Assembly: GCF_963853765.1 (NCBI RefSeq)
Contig: NC_088858.1
Coordinates: 15,500,001-15,564,000 of the forward strand
DNA length: 64,000 nucleotides
Direction: 5' to 3'
Source: Magallana gigas
Lineage: Eukaryota
A program made the translations under genes and the position numbers. The notes under the pieces were generated by a model. That model saw only the letters and a list, made by a program, of their open reading frames with translations. It had not been told where the DNA came from and searched no databases. Positions within the stretch are counted from its first letter, which is position 1. Each line of letters starts with the position of its first letter. This document shows positions 39,282-50,140 of this stretch, piece by piece.

Positions 39282-40418
39282 TTAAATATATAGACTTGCT
39301 ACTGACCAGGAACATTTGTTATAAATGATGAAGTGTCATTGTATAAAAAAATTCTTGGAACTTCCCTTGTGTATCGATTTCAATTATATCTTTTTGACAG
39401 GTATGTGTATTCCATTTTTCAAAACTAACGGAAACAATAACCTGGTACAGACTTTGGCTGCTGGTCATTATTGCTGTACGAAAAAAATGGTCTAACAGGC
39501 CGTAAGGCTACATTTCGTCATATACACAAGAAACTCTACAAATTACAGCGTTATATTTTGTTAAATTTTGGACTGTATAGCGGAATTTCTAAACACATTC
39601 TATGAAAAAAGTCAGAACAAAAGAATCAAAGGACATTTATCAACAAATATCCTTACTTTGCATACCTCTAAAATGTTTTGAAACACCCGTATAAAACTGT
39701 ATGGTTTATTTTACCTTTATAAATTGGGAATCTCTATTTGTATGTGATTTAAATATTTTTTATATTCCGAGGACGGTTAACATGCTTAAAAAACTCTCTG
39801 AGGCAAGCAAAGTGTCAACATCAGAACTGTAACTCCCAGACTTGTCAACCCGAATTTTTTCGAGGAGCTTCCGCCCTGCACTTAATATTTGTTTTATTCA
39901 AATAAACAATAAAAACATGTTAAAGACAATCAGTCTACTGTATTCTTATTTTATTTTTAGAAAAAATGTCAGTAATTTCTAGACCTGATTCAGCCGAAAA
40001 TACAATGTGCGTCGACAGTTTTCTGTTAGGACATTCCGGTTAAAGGTGACTATAAAACATTCTGTAAGCCGAAAATCCACCGTTTCTTCCTATAGAACTA
40101 AAAATATACTCTTCACAACCAATAAATATCAACTCACTTATAAAATTACCAAGAATATTCGGTCTGTATATGATTAGTAGAAGGAAGTGTAATTATAATT
40201 ATGTGGTTGAGGAGGAACAGAGTCCATTAAGACTTGAATTTCACATAAATAACCATATTAAAAATAGATTATACGCGATTAAAACAGAAACGTAATCACT
40301 TTTATTTGTAAAATGATCATGATTAAAAAATGCATGACCAGTTTGTCTTTAATTTGTATGCAATCACATACCTCTGTTTTAATGATAAAGATAAGTTTAT
40401 TTTTATGCTAGATAATGA

Positions 40419-40445
40419 TGACGTTGTTTTTGAAAATATATAAAA
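40419..40445 (+). promoter_or_regulatory. Promoter of cluster gene 5: TGACGT plus TATA box
   Basis: TGACGT at 40419-40424, TATAAAA at 40439-40445, AGGAC at 40469. Exon 1 donor CAG|GTAAGA at 40510. Homology to the gene 3 promoter extends about 400 bp upstream. Confidence 0.72.
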
Positions 40446-41028
40446 GGGAAAAGGTGAAACAAAATAGTAGGACTTGTAGTTTAAGCGCCTCCAGATCCAC
40501 ACACAACAGGTAAGAAAGATCTACATCTAATCGTTTGTACATTGATGAAGCCGACCACCGAGCAATTATACTTTTCTCCGTAAATAAAAACCAACTTGCC
40601 CCTCTCCTTTTTAAAAAAATAATTGAGTTTGTTTACCTATACAAAATGTTTCTACTTCAGATATTTGCATGAATATATACCTTTTTAAATTAAAACCATT
40701 TCAAATCATTTGAAATGAATACAGGTACTTTCGATTGTACATAAGGGATCATCTGATTTTGTCACTAGGTTTATCCTACAACACTGGCTAATTTTATGTT
40801 AAAAAGTATGATAAAAAATACCTCTGTTTTAAACAACCCTCTCCTTTGAATGTATCGCTAAAACAGTGTCCTAATTATGCTTTAAAAGAATTGTTAGCAT
40901 TTTCAAAAAATCTAACCTGGGAAATATAATCACAAAAATTTTTTTTAATATCGTCTAAACAAGAAAATAATAATGCAACATTAGACAAACATGTTTAAAA
41001 AACCCATCTTTTTTCTCTACTTGTAGTC

Positions 41029-42154
41029 ATGATCAAACAAATCATCCTTCTGTGTTCCGTGGCCAGTGTATTTGCCGATACTGAAAAATATGGTGGCTGC
41101 AATGGCTATGGATGTGCCGTTGGTGTAAACCAGTACGGCCCAGGGGGTGCATCCAGTACCTTCTTTTCCTCTGGAGGAATTGGCGGACAGCAAGTATTGG
41201 GTGGACTTGAACATCAATTGCTCGGTGGATCTTTAGGAGGTCTAGGACCCATTGCTGCCGGTCCAGGTGGCGCTGCTGCTTCAAGTGCCGCTGCTTCCAG
41301 TGGGCGCTTTGGAGGCTCTGCTGCATCATCAGCAGCAGCTAGTGGAGCACCAGGTTTAAACTTTGCAGGACCCGTTGGTTTTGGAAACAATGGTTTCAAT
41401 GGTTTCAATAGCTTTGACGATGGCAACTTTGGCTTGAATAATTTTGGATTGAATTCCGCCGGGCCCGGGGCTGCTGCCTCATCAAGTGCCGCTGCTGCCG
41501 GTGGACCTTTTGGTGGAGCTGCTTCCTCCTCAGCCGCTGCATCAGGTGCTCCTGGTTTCGGTAACAACGTCGGTTTCCCAGGTCTCCAAGGATTCCAAGG
41601 TGGTTTCCAAGGATTCCAAGGTGGTCTCCAAGGATTCCAAGGTGGCCTTCAAGGATTTCAAGGCGGTCTCCAAGGATTCCAAGGTGGTTTCCAGGGAGTA
41701 CAAGGGTTCCAGGGATTCCCAGGCGTCCCATCCTTTGGATTTCCAGGGAGTGCTGCAGCCGGAGCCGCGGCTTCTAGTGACGACGGATCAGCCTCCGCAT
41801 CCTCTGCTGCCTCTACTGGTGCCCAAGCCTCCGTTTCTGGTTCAAATTTCCCAGGTATTGGACGACCTTATCCATTCCCCGGAAGTGTACTTCCTACCTA
41901 TCCCGTTGTACCGCAAATTTATCCAGGAGTCCCCACTTACCCACTTCCAGGCGTATCCACTTACCCAGTCCCAGGGGCGCCCGTAACATCTTATCCATTT
42001 CCCTCGCATAGACCATTCAGACCGATTGGAAGGGTATGTATCTTATTTATACAGCATCTGCATGTCTTACTCTAAGCAGAATCTTTATTTATCAATTCTA
42101 TTAAGCATTCAAATGTCAACGAAATTTTTTTTTCTATTTCAGAAGGTATATTGA
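41029..42154 (+). CDS. Secreted Gly/Ala/Gln-rich silk-like protein, cluster gene 5 (338 aa; coding exons 41029-42033 and 42143-42154)
   Basis: Signal peptide MIKQIILLCSVASVFA. The body is nearly identical to gene 3 but has two fewer heptads. Donor at 42034 and acceptor at 42142 give AAG GTA TAT TGA (RKVY*). AATAAA at 42249. Confidence 0.9.
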
Positions 42155-43648
42155 GAAAATTTGTCCAGAAATACTCAATCCAGGAATACTTTGATACCCT
42201 CTCATATTGTTGTTGTTGTGTATCTGTTTTAAAGCAATCAAATTATTAAATAAATAATACTTGAATTGTTGTGCTTTGTATCATCACCATTTAATACAAA
42301 ACTAAAGGTTTATTGTGGTAAACGTTTTTCTTTTAGCATCAATTCCTTATTAATCCAGTTAACGCGAAATCTTATGTTCAAAGATGTAACAATTTTTATG
42401 AATAGGACCATTGTCCTCGAACATTCATATCATCTAACTTGCGCAATAACCTATTTTCTGAAATATTGACTCCTCACAGTGTATGAAAAGGGTATGGTTG
42501 TTGGAACGCAGTAAACGTTGGATATAAAATGCGCATTTGCCAGTCATGAAACAAGGAGTACTAATCTAATTTAATCTGAAGGTAGACGCCTGAATGAAAA
42601 CTAATTTTGATGGGATCTTCACTATTTCCAGCCATTCACAGTCAATTTTGTGAATTTCTCGTATTTTTCAGAGTAATTTCATTCAAAAAATTGACAATTC
42701 TCATATGGATCGTCGTAGTGACACCAGAAAATCTATTCAAGCAAAACGAGATTACGCTTTTTTAAAACCAAAACCTAAAGACAGCATGTCTAATGATATA
42801 TTTTTATATAATGTACATAGTCTGCACACAATTATTGCAATTACCAAATGAAAGGAAACAGAGAATTATACTTTCAGCCTGAACTGAATTGCTGAACTAT
42901 CTGATTAAACTAAAATGTCTAAAAACTCAAGTTTGCAACTCAATGAAACATTTAGATCGCTAGACATAAAAAAACAAGAATAGAATAATTTAATAATATA
43001 AACAACTCAAAACGCAAGTATATAAACACATTTACTTTTCAAAACTTCAATTCAATATTTAAACTTTTTATAAGCAGTAACGACTATAGAAGTATGCATT
43101 ACGAAATATCAATTCTTGTTCAGCGAAAAGCCGTCGAAGCATTTGAAGCATTACGACGTTTTTTGTTCTATCTTAACCCTTTAAAAACGTCAAAATTGCA
43201 TATAACCTCTATTTTGATTTTACCTTATACATTCTAACATGAAACTAAACTTTATAGGACTTGAGAATATGGTGGATAAGTATTTAAGCTTCCGTTTCTT
43301 TAACAAAGAATCTTGCAATTTACGGTACAGTAGAATTCTCTCTTTTTTAAATAATAAACCTGTTTTCCTAACAAAACAATTTTTATGGAATTATGATTAA
43401 AAATATCAAAGCAAATGTAAAAAAAAATTCAAAAATGTAGTGATGAAACATTAATTAGTATTCCTAGGCTTACTTATAACTACAGACTCTGAGAAAATTT
43501 GTAGCTTAGACATATTAATACCTTGTGCTAAGCCTAACCCTTTTCTAACGTATTACTAAGCGTAATATTACAGCTGTACGTAAGCAAAATGAAGATATCG
43601 ATTACATTGATGGTAAGACAGTATCATAACAAAGTTAATCCATTGTCA

Positions 43649-46600
43649 TTACGTCATCAAAGCACGTATTGTAAAAAATCTTGTTTTCGTTGTAGTTGGT
43701 GTCGACTTTGTTGTTGTTAATTGTGGTTTAGTGGTTGTTGGTTGTGTCGTGATAGTAGTTGTTGGTGTGGTAGTGGTAGTTGTTGGTGACGTAGTGGTAG
43801 TAGGTGGTGTAGTAGTGGTAGTTGGTGGTGCAGTAGTGGTAGTTGGTGGTGCAGTAGTGGTAGTTGGTGGTGCAGTACTTGTTGTTGGTGATTGTTTGGT
43901 GGTTGGATTGGTAGTAGTTGGTGGTGTTGTAGTTGTACTTGGTGTTACTGTGGTTGTAGTTGGTGGTATTGTAGTTGTACTTGGTGTTACTGTGGTTGTA
44001 GTTGGTAGAGTCGTCGACGCCGTAGGACCTAACGAAAATATTTTTTTTAACAAAATAAAAGGTTTTAGTGCCTTGCAACGGCAAAGTGTCTAATGTATTG
44101 CATTTGTACTTTTTATATTTCTTCTGACAAAGTTTAACGTCAACATGAACATCACAAGTTGTTCTTGAGATAAAAGCACGATTATAGACGTATTTCTTAT
44201 ATTTCATAAATATCAGGGTATTTTTTTTGCTTAATATCAATCTAATGAGAAACGTTCTGTAAAATGTAAATTTGAACGTGACTGGACAAAAGACGCAAGG
44301 CATGCGATATTTCATTTGCGGCTTTGATCGACTAAAAATATAGTCAGAAATTAACTATATCTGATTGTAAATACTTTGACAAATTGCGATGGTAATTTTA
44401 AAGAACGCTTTGTTACGATGTCAATTTATAAACAATATCTCTCGTGAATCTTAATCCATGATCATTTATTCCCGCACGTAGTCTTACTTATCATAGAAAA
44501 ATGAATGAATAAAATTCCGTTGAACAAAATACAGAGAGAGCTGACATAGATTATTCAAAAGCTTCTTTTTATGGCAAAAGTTACATGTTTTTAGGAATGA
44601 TATATGTTACACAACAATCATAGGGAGTGATAATATTTTTTAGAAATCGTTAATTCAAAATAAACTTAATAATTTCATTGAATTTATGCTTTGTTATCGT
44701 AGTTACACTTCAAGAAAAAATTTATCTCTGGTAAGAAAAACATTTTTGATTTGTGAAAGACATATTTCAGCCCGGAACGTCCAACGAATTGCTATCATCC
44801 CTCATAAAATTTTTATAAAAGCTTTGAAATGATATATTTCCATATCGCACAGTCCATTATTTGACATTGATTACATTTTTAGGGCTTACAATTGCAAATA
44901 TTTACCATGACAAGGGTGAGTATTACATGGTAAGTATTCATAAATCTGTCCTTGGCAATCAGATCCTCCAAACAATGGAACAGGGTTCGTTCAAGATCGT
45001 AGCCTAAAAGCGTGTCCGCCTCCACAAGACTTAGTACAAGAATATGTTGTCCACGAACTCCATCCTCCTACAATGCGATTAGGAAAGTATTACATTGAAA
45101 AAATTGCTTAAGATGTCAACAATTATTTATGTATGTGCTAGGAGTAACATTGTGAGTTATCATTGGTGTAACAACATAATTAATTGCAGATTTTTTAACT
45201 ACAACTCTATAGGACGGCCTCTTAAATACAAACCATGCACTGCTATTATACATGGTTTTGCTTCATCTCCTCTAACAGGACAGGCATGGGAAGAAATGCA
45301 ATTTCTGAGTCTTGTTTGAGAACCAATGCCAGAAGTAGACGAGCAATGACTCCAAGATGTCCATGATGCCCAACCTTTGAAGTTACTTGTTGTTGNNNNN
45401 NNNNNNNNNNNNNNNNNNNNNNNNNNNNNNNNNNNNNNNNNNNNNNNNNNNNNNNNNNNNNNNNNNNNNNNNNNNNNNNNNNNNNNNNNNNNNNNNNNNN
45501 NNNNNNNNNNNNNNNNNNNNNNNNNNTCACAAAGCGCTTATGTTTTGCAGTTAGNNNNNNNNNNNNNNNNNNNNNNNNNNNNNNNNNNNNNNNNNNNNNN
45601 NNNNNNNNNNNNNNNNNNNNNNNNNNNNNNNNNNNNNNNNNNNNNNNNNNNNNNNNNNNNNNNNNNNNNNNNNNNNNNNNNNNNNNNNNNNNNNNCAGAA
45701 CAAAACAAGACATTGTATATATTACAAATAATATTTACTATGGCAAGGATGAGTATTGCATGATACGAATTCTATAGGATGTCCTCTGCATTGGGATCCC
45801 CCAAACACAGGGTTCGTACAAGATCGTAATCTCAGAGCTTGTCCGCCACCACAAGACGTGCTACAAGAATAGGTGGTCCAGGAACTCCATCCTCCTAGAG
45901 TTATAAATTGTTACACAACATTTAAGTCGTCGACAATTACATTAAGTATGTGTTAAGTTAACCATTGAATACTGTGAAGTGTACATGTAACGAAAAAAAC
46001 TCTTGTTGTTTTAACTTTAGAATTAATTATTCAAGACAAACCGTGTACTGCCGTCACACATATTTTTAATTCATCTCCGCCAACAGGACAGGCAGAAAAA
46101 GAGTGACAATTCCTGTGTCTTGTCTGAACGCCATAACCAGAGGTTGTAGAGCATTGACTCCAAGATCCCCATGGGGCCCAACCGTAAAAGGTACTGAATC
46201 TTGCGTAACTGGCTGTTCGAATTAACAAGCAGATTTTCCGTTCATAAGTCGCAAGTAAACAAGTTACACTTCGTTTAAATATCTGTTATAATACGATTCC
46301 AAAGTGTGTCATTTTGCGGATTTGAATGTTTTGTGATATTTCTGCATGTAACACAACCCTTTATGATTAATAATGTTGATACAAATTATCTTGTTTTAAG
46401 TAAGNNNNNNNNNNNNNNNNNNNNNNNNNNNNNNNNNNNNNNNNNNNNNNNNNNNNNNNNNNNNNNNNNNNNNNNNNNNNNNNNNNNNNNNNNNNNNNNN
46501 NNNNNNNNNNNNNNNNNNNNNNNNNNNNNNNNNNNNNNNNNNNNNNNNNNNNNNNTACTTACTTAAAACAAGATAAATGTGGTGGCAAACACATTTTTAT

Positions 46601-47711
46601 ACGAGGCTACAGCTATGTATTTTTGAATAAATCGGGACCTCTCGATAGCTCTTCCAACAAACAGATATATATCTAACAAAAATTTCCAAAAAATAAACTT
46701 TTTTGTTATTTTCGTGAAAAATTACAGTTTCAGACAAAATAAAGAATTAAAAAAAGACGTTGCATAAAAAAAATGATCATGATAAGTTTATGCAGGGTCT
46801 TAAGGTTATAAGTTGACTTAATCAACATACAACTGGGTTTAGGTTTACTGGATTTAATAAAGATTGCGAAAATCGAATTAACGATGAATTTCATATAAGG
46901 GCATTATATCATTGAAGAAAATGCAGTTAGATAATTTAAAAGATAAGACAAAACATTTTTGAACAACAATCTTCATCATGCTTGAATGTATTTTCATTTA
47001 TTGATAATAATTGTAAAACAAACAATGTCTTCCAAAATAGCAGGTTTTTAAATGTCTAAGGAGTTGTGCGGGTTGAGATTGCGTCAGCTTCATGTAACTT
47101 TTCAAATTGATTTCTATGAATATTTTATACCAAGACCATAGGCAGTTAACTACTGTATAAAGGGAAATATTTGTCCCGTTTTATTTTTGCCCCTTTCGCC
47201 CTCGTCGTAATTTGGACGAATTTTGATGTCTCAAATTATTCTCAAACACAACTCTGTCTGGGCGAATTCTAAAAGGGGCGAAACTATTTGCAAGTGTCTG
47301 AAATTACAAGGGGTGAATATAACCCTGTATACAGTGTATTATCTACCCGTTAAAATAGTTCGAGTCACTATAAATAATTTTTTTATTATAGTAATACGTA
47401 AATGCACACCGGGCAATACAATGTTCCATGCAATGCTGTTTACACGCACTTGCTATAAAGACAAAGAGCTGTGAAATTATCCCGTTCTTTTTTGAGAGTG
47501 AATAGAATAGTAAAAATCTATTTTAAATAATCTCTTTGGAAAGCTAATTGTAAAATTGCCACGAATAGATGAAAAGGATATCATTAAATCATTATTTTTC
47601 ACATTCAGGAATAGTTTTAATACACACACTAAGAAAGTCTTACCAGAGCAGATTACAGGAAAAAATCCAAAAAGAAGAGCTAGACCCCAGTAAACTGCAT
47701 ATTTTGTTCAT
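43649..47711 (-). pseudogene. Secreted thrombospondin type-1 repeat protein with a Thr/Pro-rich mucin-like tail; disabled in this sequence
   Basis: Phase-1 exons: signal peptide 47711-47644 (one extra A), TSP1 46212-46042, 45894-45739, (gap)-45234, 45067-44906 (TGA at 44991-44993 replacing the Cys of RSCTNP), and a Thr-rich exon from 44028 to TAA at 43649. WxxWxxC..C and RxRxC motifs and AG/GT boundaries are present. Confidence 0.8.
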
Positions 47712-48399
47712 GAATTATATTAAACTAAATTGAATCTCAACTTACTCCAGTTTAAATAAGATTCTTATCTATAAGGTTCAGCTTAGGTCGGGATGTTGAA
47801 TAACAGTTCTCACGTGTAGTTATAAAAGTTCTCTGTGTCACTAAAGGTCAATAAGGATAATTATCAATTTTCTTGAATTTATTTCAGCGAAGAGGATAGA
47901 GCGTAATCAGTCTTAAATATTCACTTTGAAGTACTGAAGTTTTTATTCCAGGTATTTGGAATTTGCTATAATCAATATCAACTCTTTTGAAGGTCATTTT
48001 TGGCAAATTAAGATTGATTTAAAATTCATACTTAAAGTAATTGTTTAACTTTATCTAGAATATATTGATATGGAAAAGAAAAAAAATGGAATTTGTAAAA
48101 CAAACATATGTTTTTACATGTTTATAAATGACACCCTTTTTTTAAAATAATTNNNNNNNNNNNNNNNNNNNNNNNNNNNNNNNNNNNNNNNNNNNNNNNN
48201 NNNNNNNNNNNNNNNNNNNNNNNNNNNNNNNNNNNNNNNNNNNNNNNNNNNNNNNNNNNNNNNNNNNNNNNNNNNNNNNNNNNNNNNNNNNNNNNNNNNN
48301 NNNNNNNNNNNNNNNNNNNNNNNNNNNNNNNNNNNNNNNNNNNNNNNNNNNNNNNNNNNNNNNNNNNNNNNNNNNNNNNNNNNNNNNNNNNNNNNNNNN
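45396..48399. other. Region containing four assembly gaps
   Basis: N runs at 45396-45526, 45555-45695, 46405-46555 and 48153-48399. Confidence 0.99.
47151..47336. mobile_element. MITE in intron 1 of the TSP1 gene
   Basis: TACTGTATAAAGGG at the left end and CCCTGTATACAGTG at the right end are imperfect TIRs. The CTG/CAG ends suggest Tc1/mariner-type. Confidence 0.55.
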
Positions 48400-48614
48400 T
48401 ACAAAATTGCGTATCAGTTAGTCCCATGACGTTCCGACCGATTAACCGGTTATTCGTATCAGAAATTATTTACTTGAACATATTTTCAAAATTTTATTCT
48501 CATAGAACTTTATTTTTTACGTGGAAGAAGACCCAAAGGCTTCAAAAGCAATATTCAATTAAACCAAATTAAAAGAGACGGCTTAACATCATACACACAA
48601 AACTTAGACATAAT

Positions 48615-48790
48615 TGTATCTTAAACTTCGACCTCTTCAGAAAAATATTATTGAAAGCCCTATTTGCCAATGTGGATTACCAGAAGATTCTTATCATTTG
48701 TTTTTTGGTTGTAAAAATTATGCCAATGCACGAAATAAATTGTTTTCAAACCTTTTGAGCTTAAATCAAATTAACATTATTAAGGAGGCT
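48615..48790 (+). mobile_element. 3' fragment of a non-LTR retrotransposon ORF2 (CR1/L2-like C-terminal Cys/His knuckle)
   Basis: NIIESPICQCGLPEDSYHLFFGCKNYANARNKLF fits the C-x-CG..E..H..F.C..Y...R pattern at LINE ORF2 C-termini. Confidence 0.6.
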
Positions 48791-50102
48791 TGGGGTCAAA
48801 ATATAATATAATATAAAACCATCAGATTTATTTTAAAATTTTATATGCAATTTCTGAAGCTATCAGCTACTATTTGATAAAGATAAATTTCATATATTTT
48901 GATATAAAATTTTATCATTTTTCATTATCTTTATATGGAGCTCCTCTTTTAAAGGAGATCAATATTGTCTAAAATGGCAGCCACCCCCCAGCCCATTTAA
49001 TTGTCATTTACTTTTGTGGGGAGATGAATCTCTGAGTGTCAATTTTAACCAACATATTTTTTAGCTGTTCAAAGATTTATCAGAGATTGTGGCAGATTCT
49101 TGTAATTTTAATCTTACTGCCTAGACCAAATTCAAACAGAACTGTTTTTAAATACATGTACGCTTGTTCAATAACTTAACTATTTTAGTAATATCCATTT
49201 TTATATACTTTCCATTCTAAACTAATATACAGTTGTAAATTGTTATAACTGGTAAGAACCTCGTAAGTTTAAGAACTTGTATTCGAACCATTTGCATGTG
49301 TTTATATAATTAAATATGTTCAAACCAGACCCAAAGTACGTTAATTTGTTAATATGATCATGTTTAATGAGATCAAAATGTGAAAAAACATTGTAGTAAT
49401 TCACATGTAATGAATGAACATGCATTAAATATCACGGACAAATGCTTTTTATTTATATAGTGATATTGCATTGTCACTATCATCATATTAATTAGTCCTT
49501 CCGTTTCAGTTTTTGTTCAAGAATATCTTAATGATCTATAACGACTGATGATAATCGGCTTCGAAGTTTGTTAACAATGATGCCTGTCGTAGAAAATATC
49601 CTTTCAGATGGCAATTGTGTACATGTATCCCTTGGATTAATAAATAATCTCAAGCTAGACCCGCGAAATTTGGAAACAGCACTTAATTTCACGACCAACA
49701 TTTAAGATGATCAATGTTTTGCATTTCATTTTATTTAAATATTTCGACACTTCACTTTTCGGTTCGTTCAGCTTGTCCTGAAACGCTGTTAGAAGTCCAC
49801 AGATTGATTAGCTTTACATTTTTAAGAGAGGGGTTATTCTTCGTTGATGATCTAGAGACCCGCGCGTTTAATCAAATAAATGGAAAATTATCCAGCAGAA
49901 ACGGGAATGTAATTGTAAAACTGCCAGTACATATTCAATACTCCTTTCACACGTAAAGGTATTGTGTGGTCTATACAATAAAGACTTGTAAGATTTCGAG
50001 AATGAAACATCCACATAAAGGCAACTACTTTCCCATCAAAACGGCAATAGATAGAATATTTATAGTACAAAATAGCGATTTCATAATCATTCATGCATGA
50101 TT

Positions 50103-50140
50103 AAACAAGAGGCCGATGGGGCCACATCGCTCACCTGAGC
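50103..50140 (+). mobile_element. 5' end of a HINE-like element
   Basis: AAACAAGAGGCC..GGCCACATCGCTCACCTGAG. GCTCACCTGAG resembles the subterminal repeat of the element at 55829. The 3' limit is not defined. Confidence 0.4.

Noticed and set aside
32756-41986. Overlapping and antisense ORFs over genes 3-5 (e.g. 32974-33327, 33165-33533, 33246-33788, 34567-35100, 41214-41567)
   Set aside because: These are shadows of GC-rich, repetitive, stop-poor coding sequence. They have no promoter, splice or signal features of their own.
1537-42154. Naming the cluster genes shematrin, Shelk2 or spidroin
   Set aside because: The resemblance is compositional only. I do not recognise the diagnostic repeats of those proteins here and cannot run a search, so no symbol is given.
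43731-44093. Plus-strand Val/Gly-rich ORF that might seem to be another structural protein
   Set aside because: It is the antisense reading of the PTTTT exon, which has a proper acceptor at 44029 and is in phase with the TSP1 exons.
46386-46576. Perfect 19-bp inverted repeat directly flanking an N gap
   Set aside because: It may be a MITE whose interior is unsequenced or a scaffolding artefact. The two cannot be distinguished without reads.
45246-48427. ORFs spanning N runs
   Set aside because: They are open only because of X codons in the gaps.
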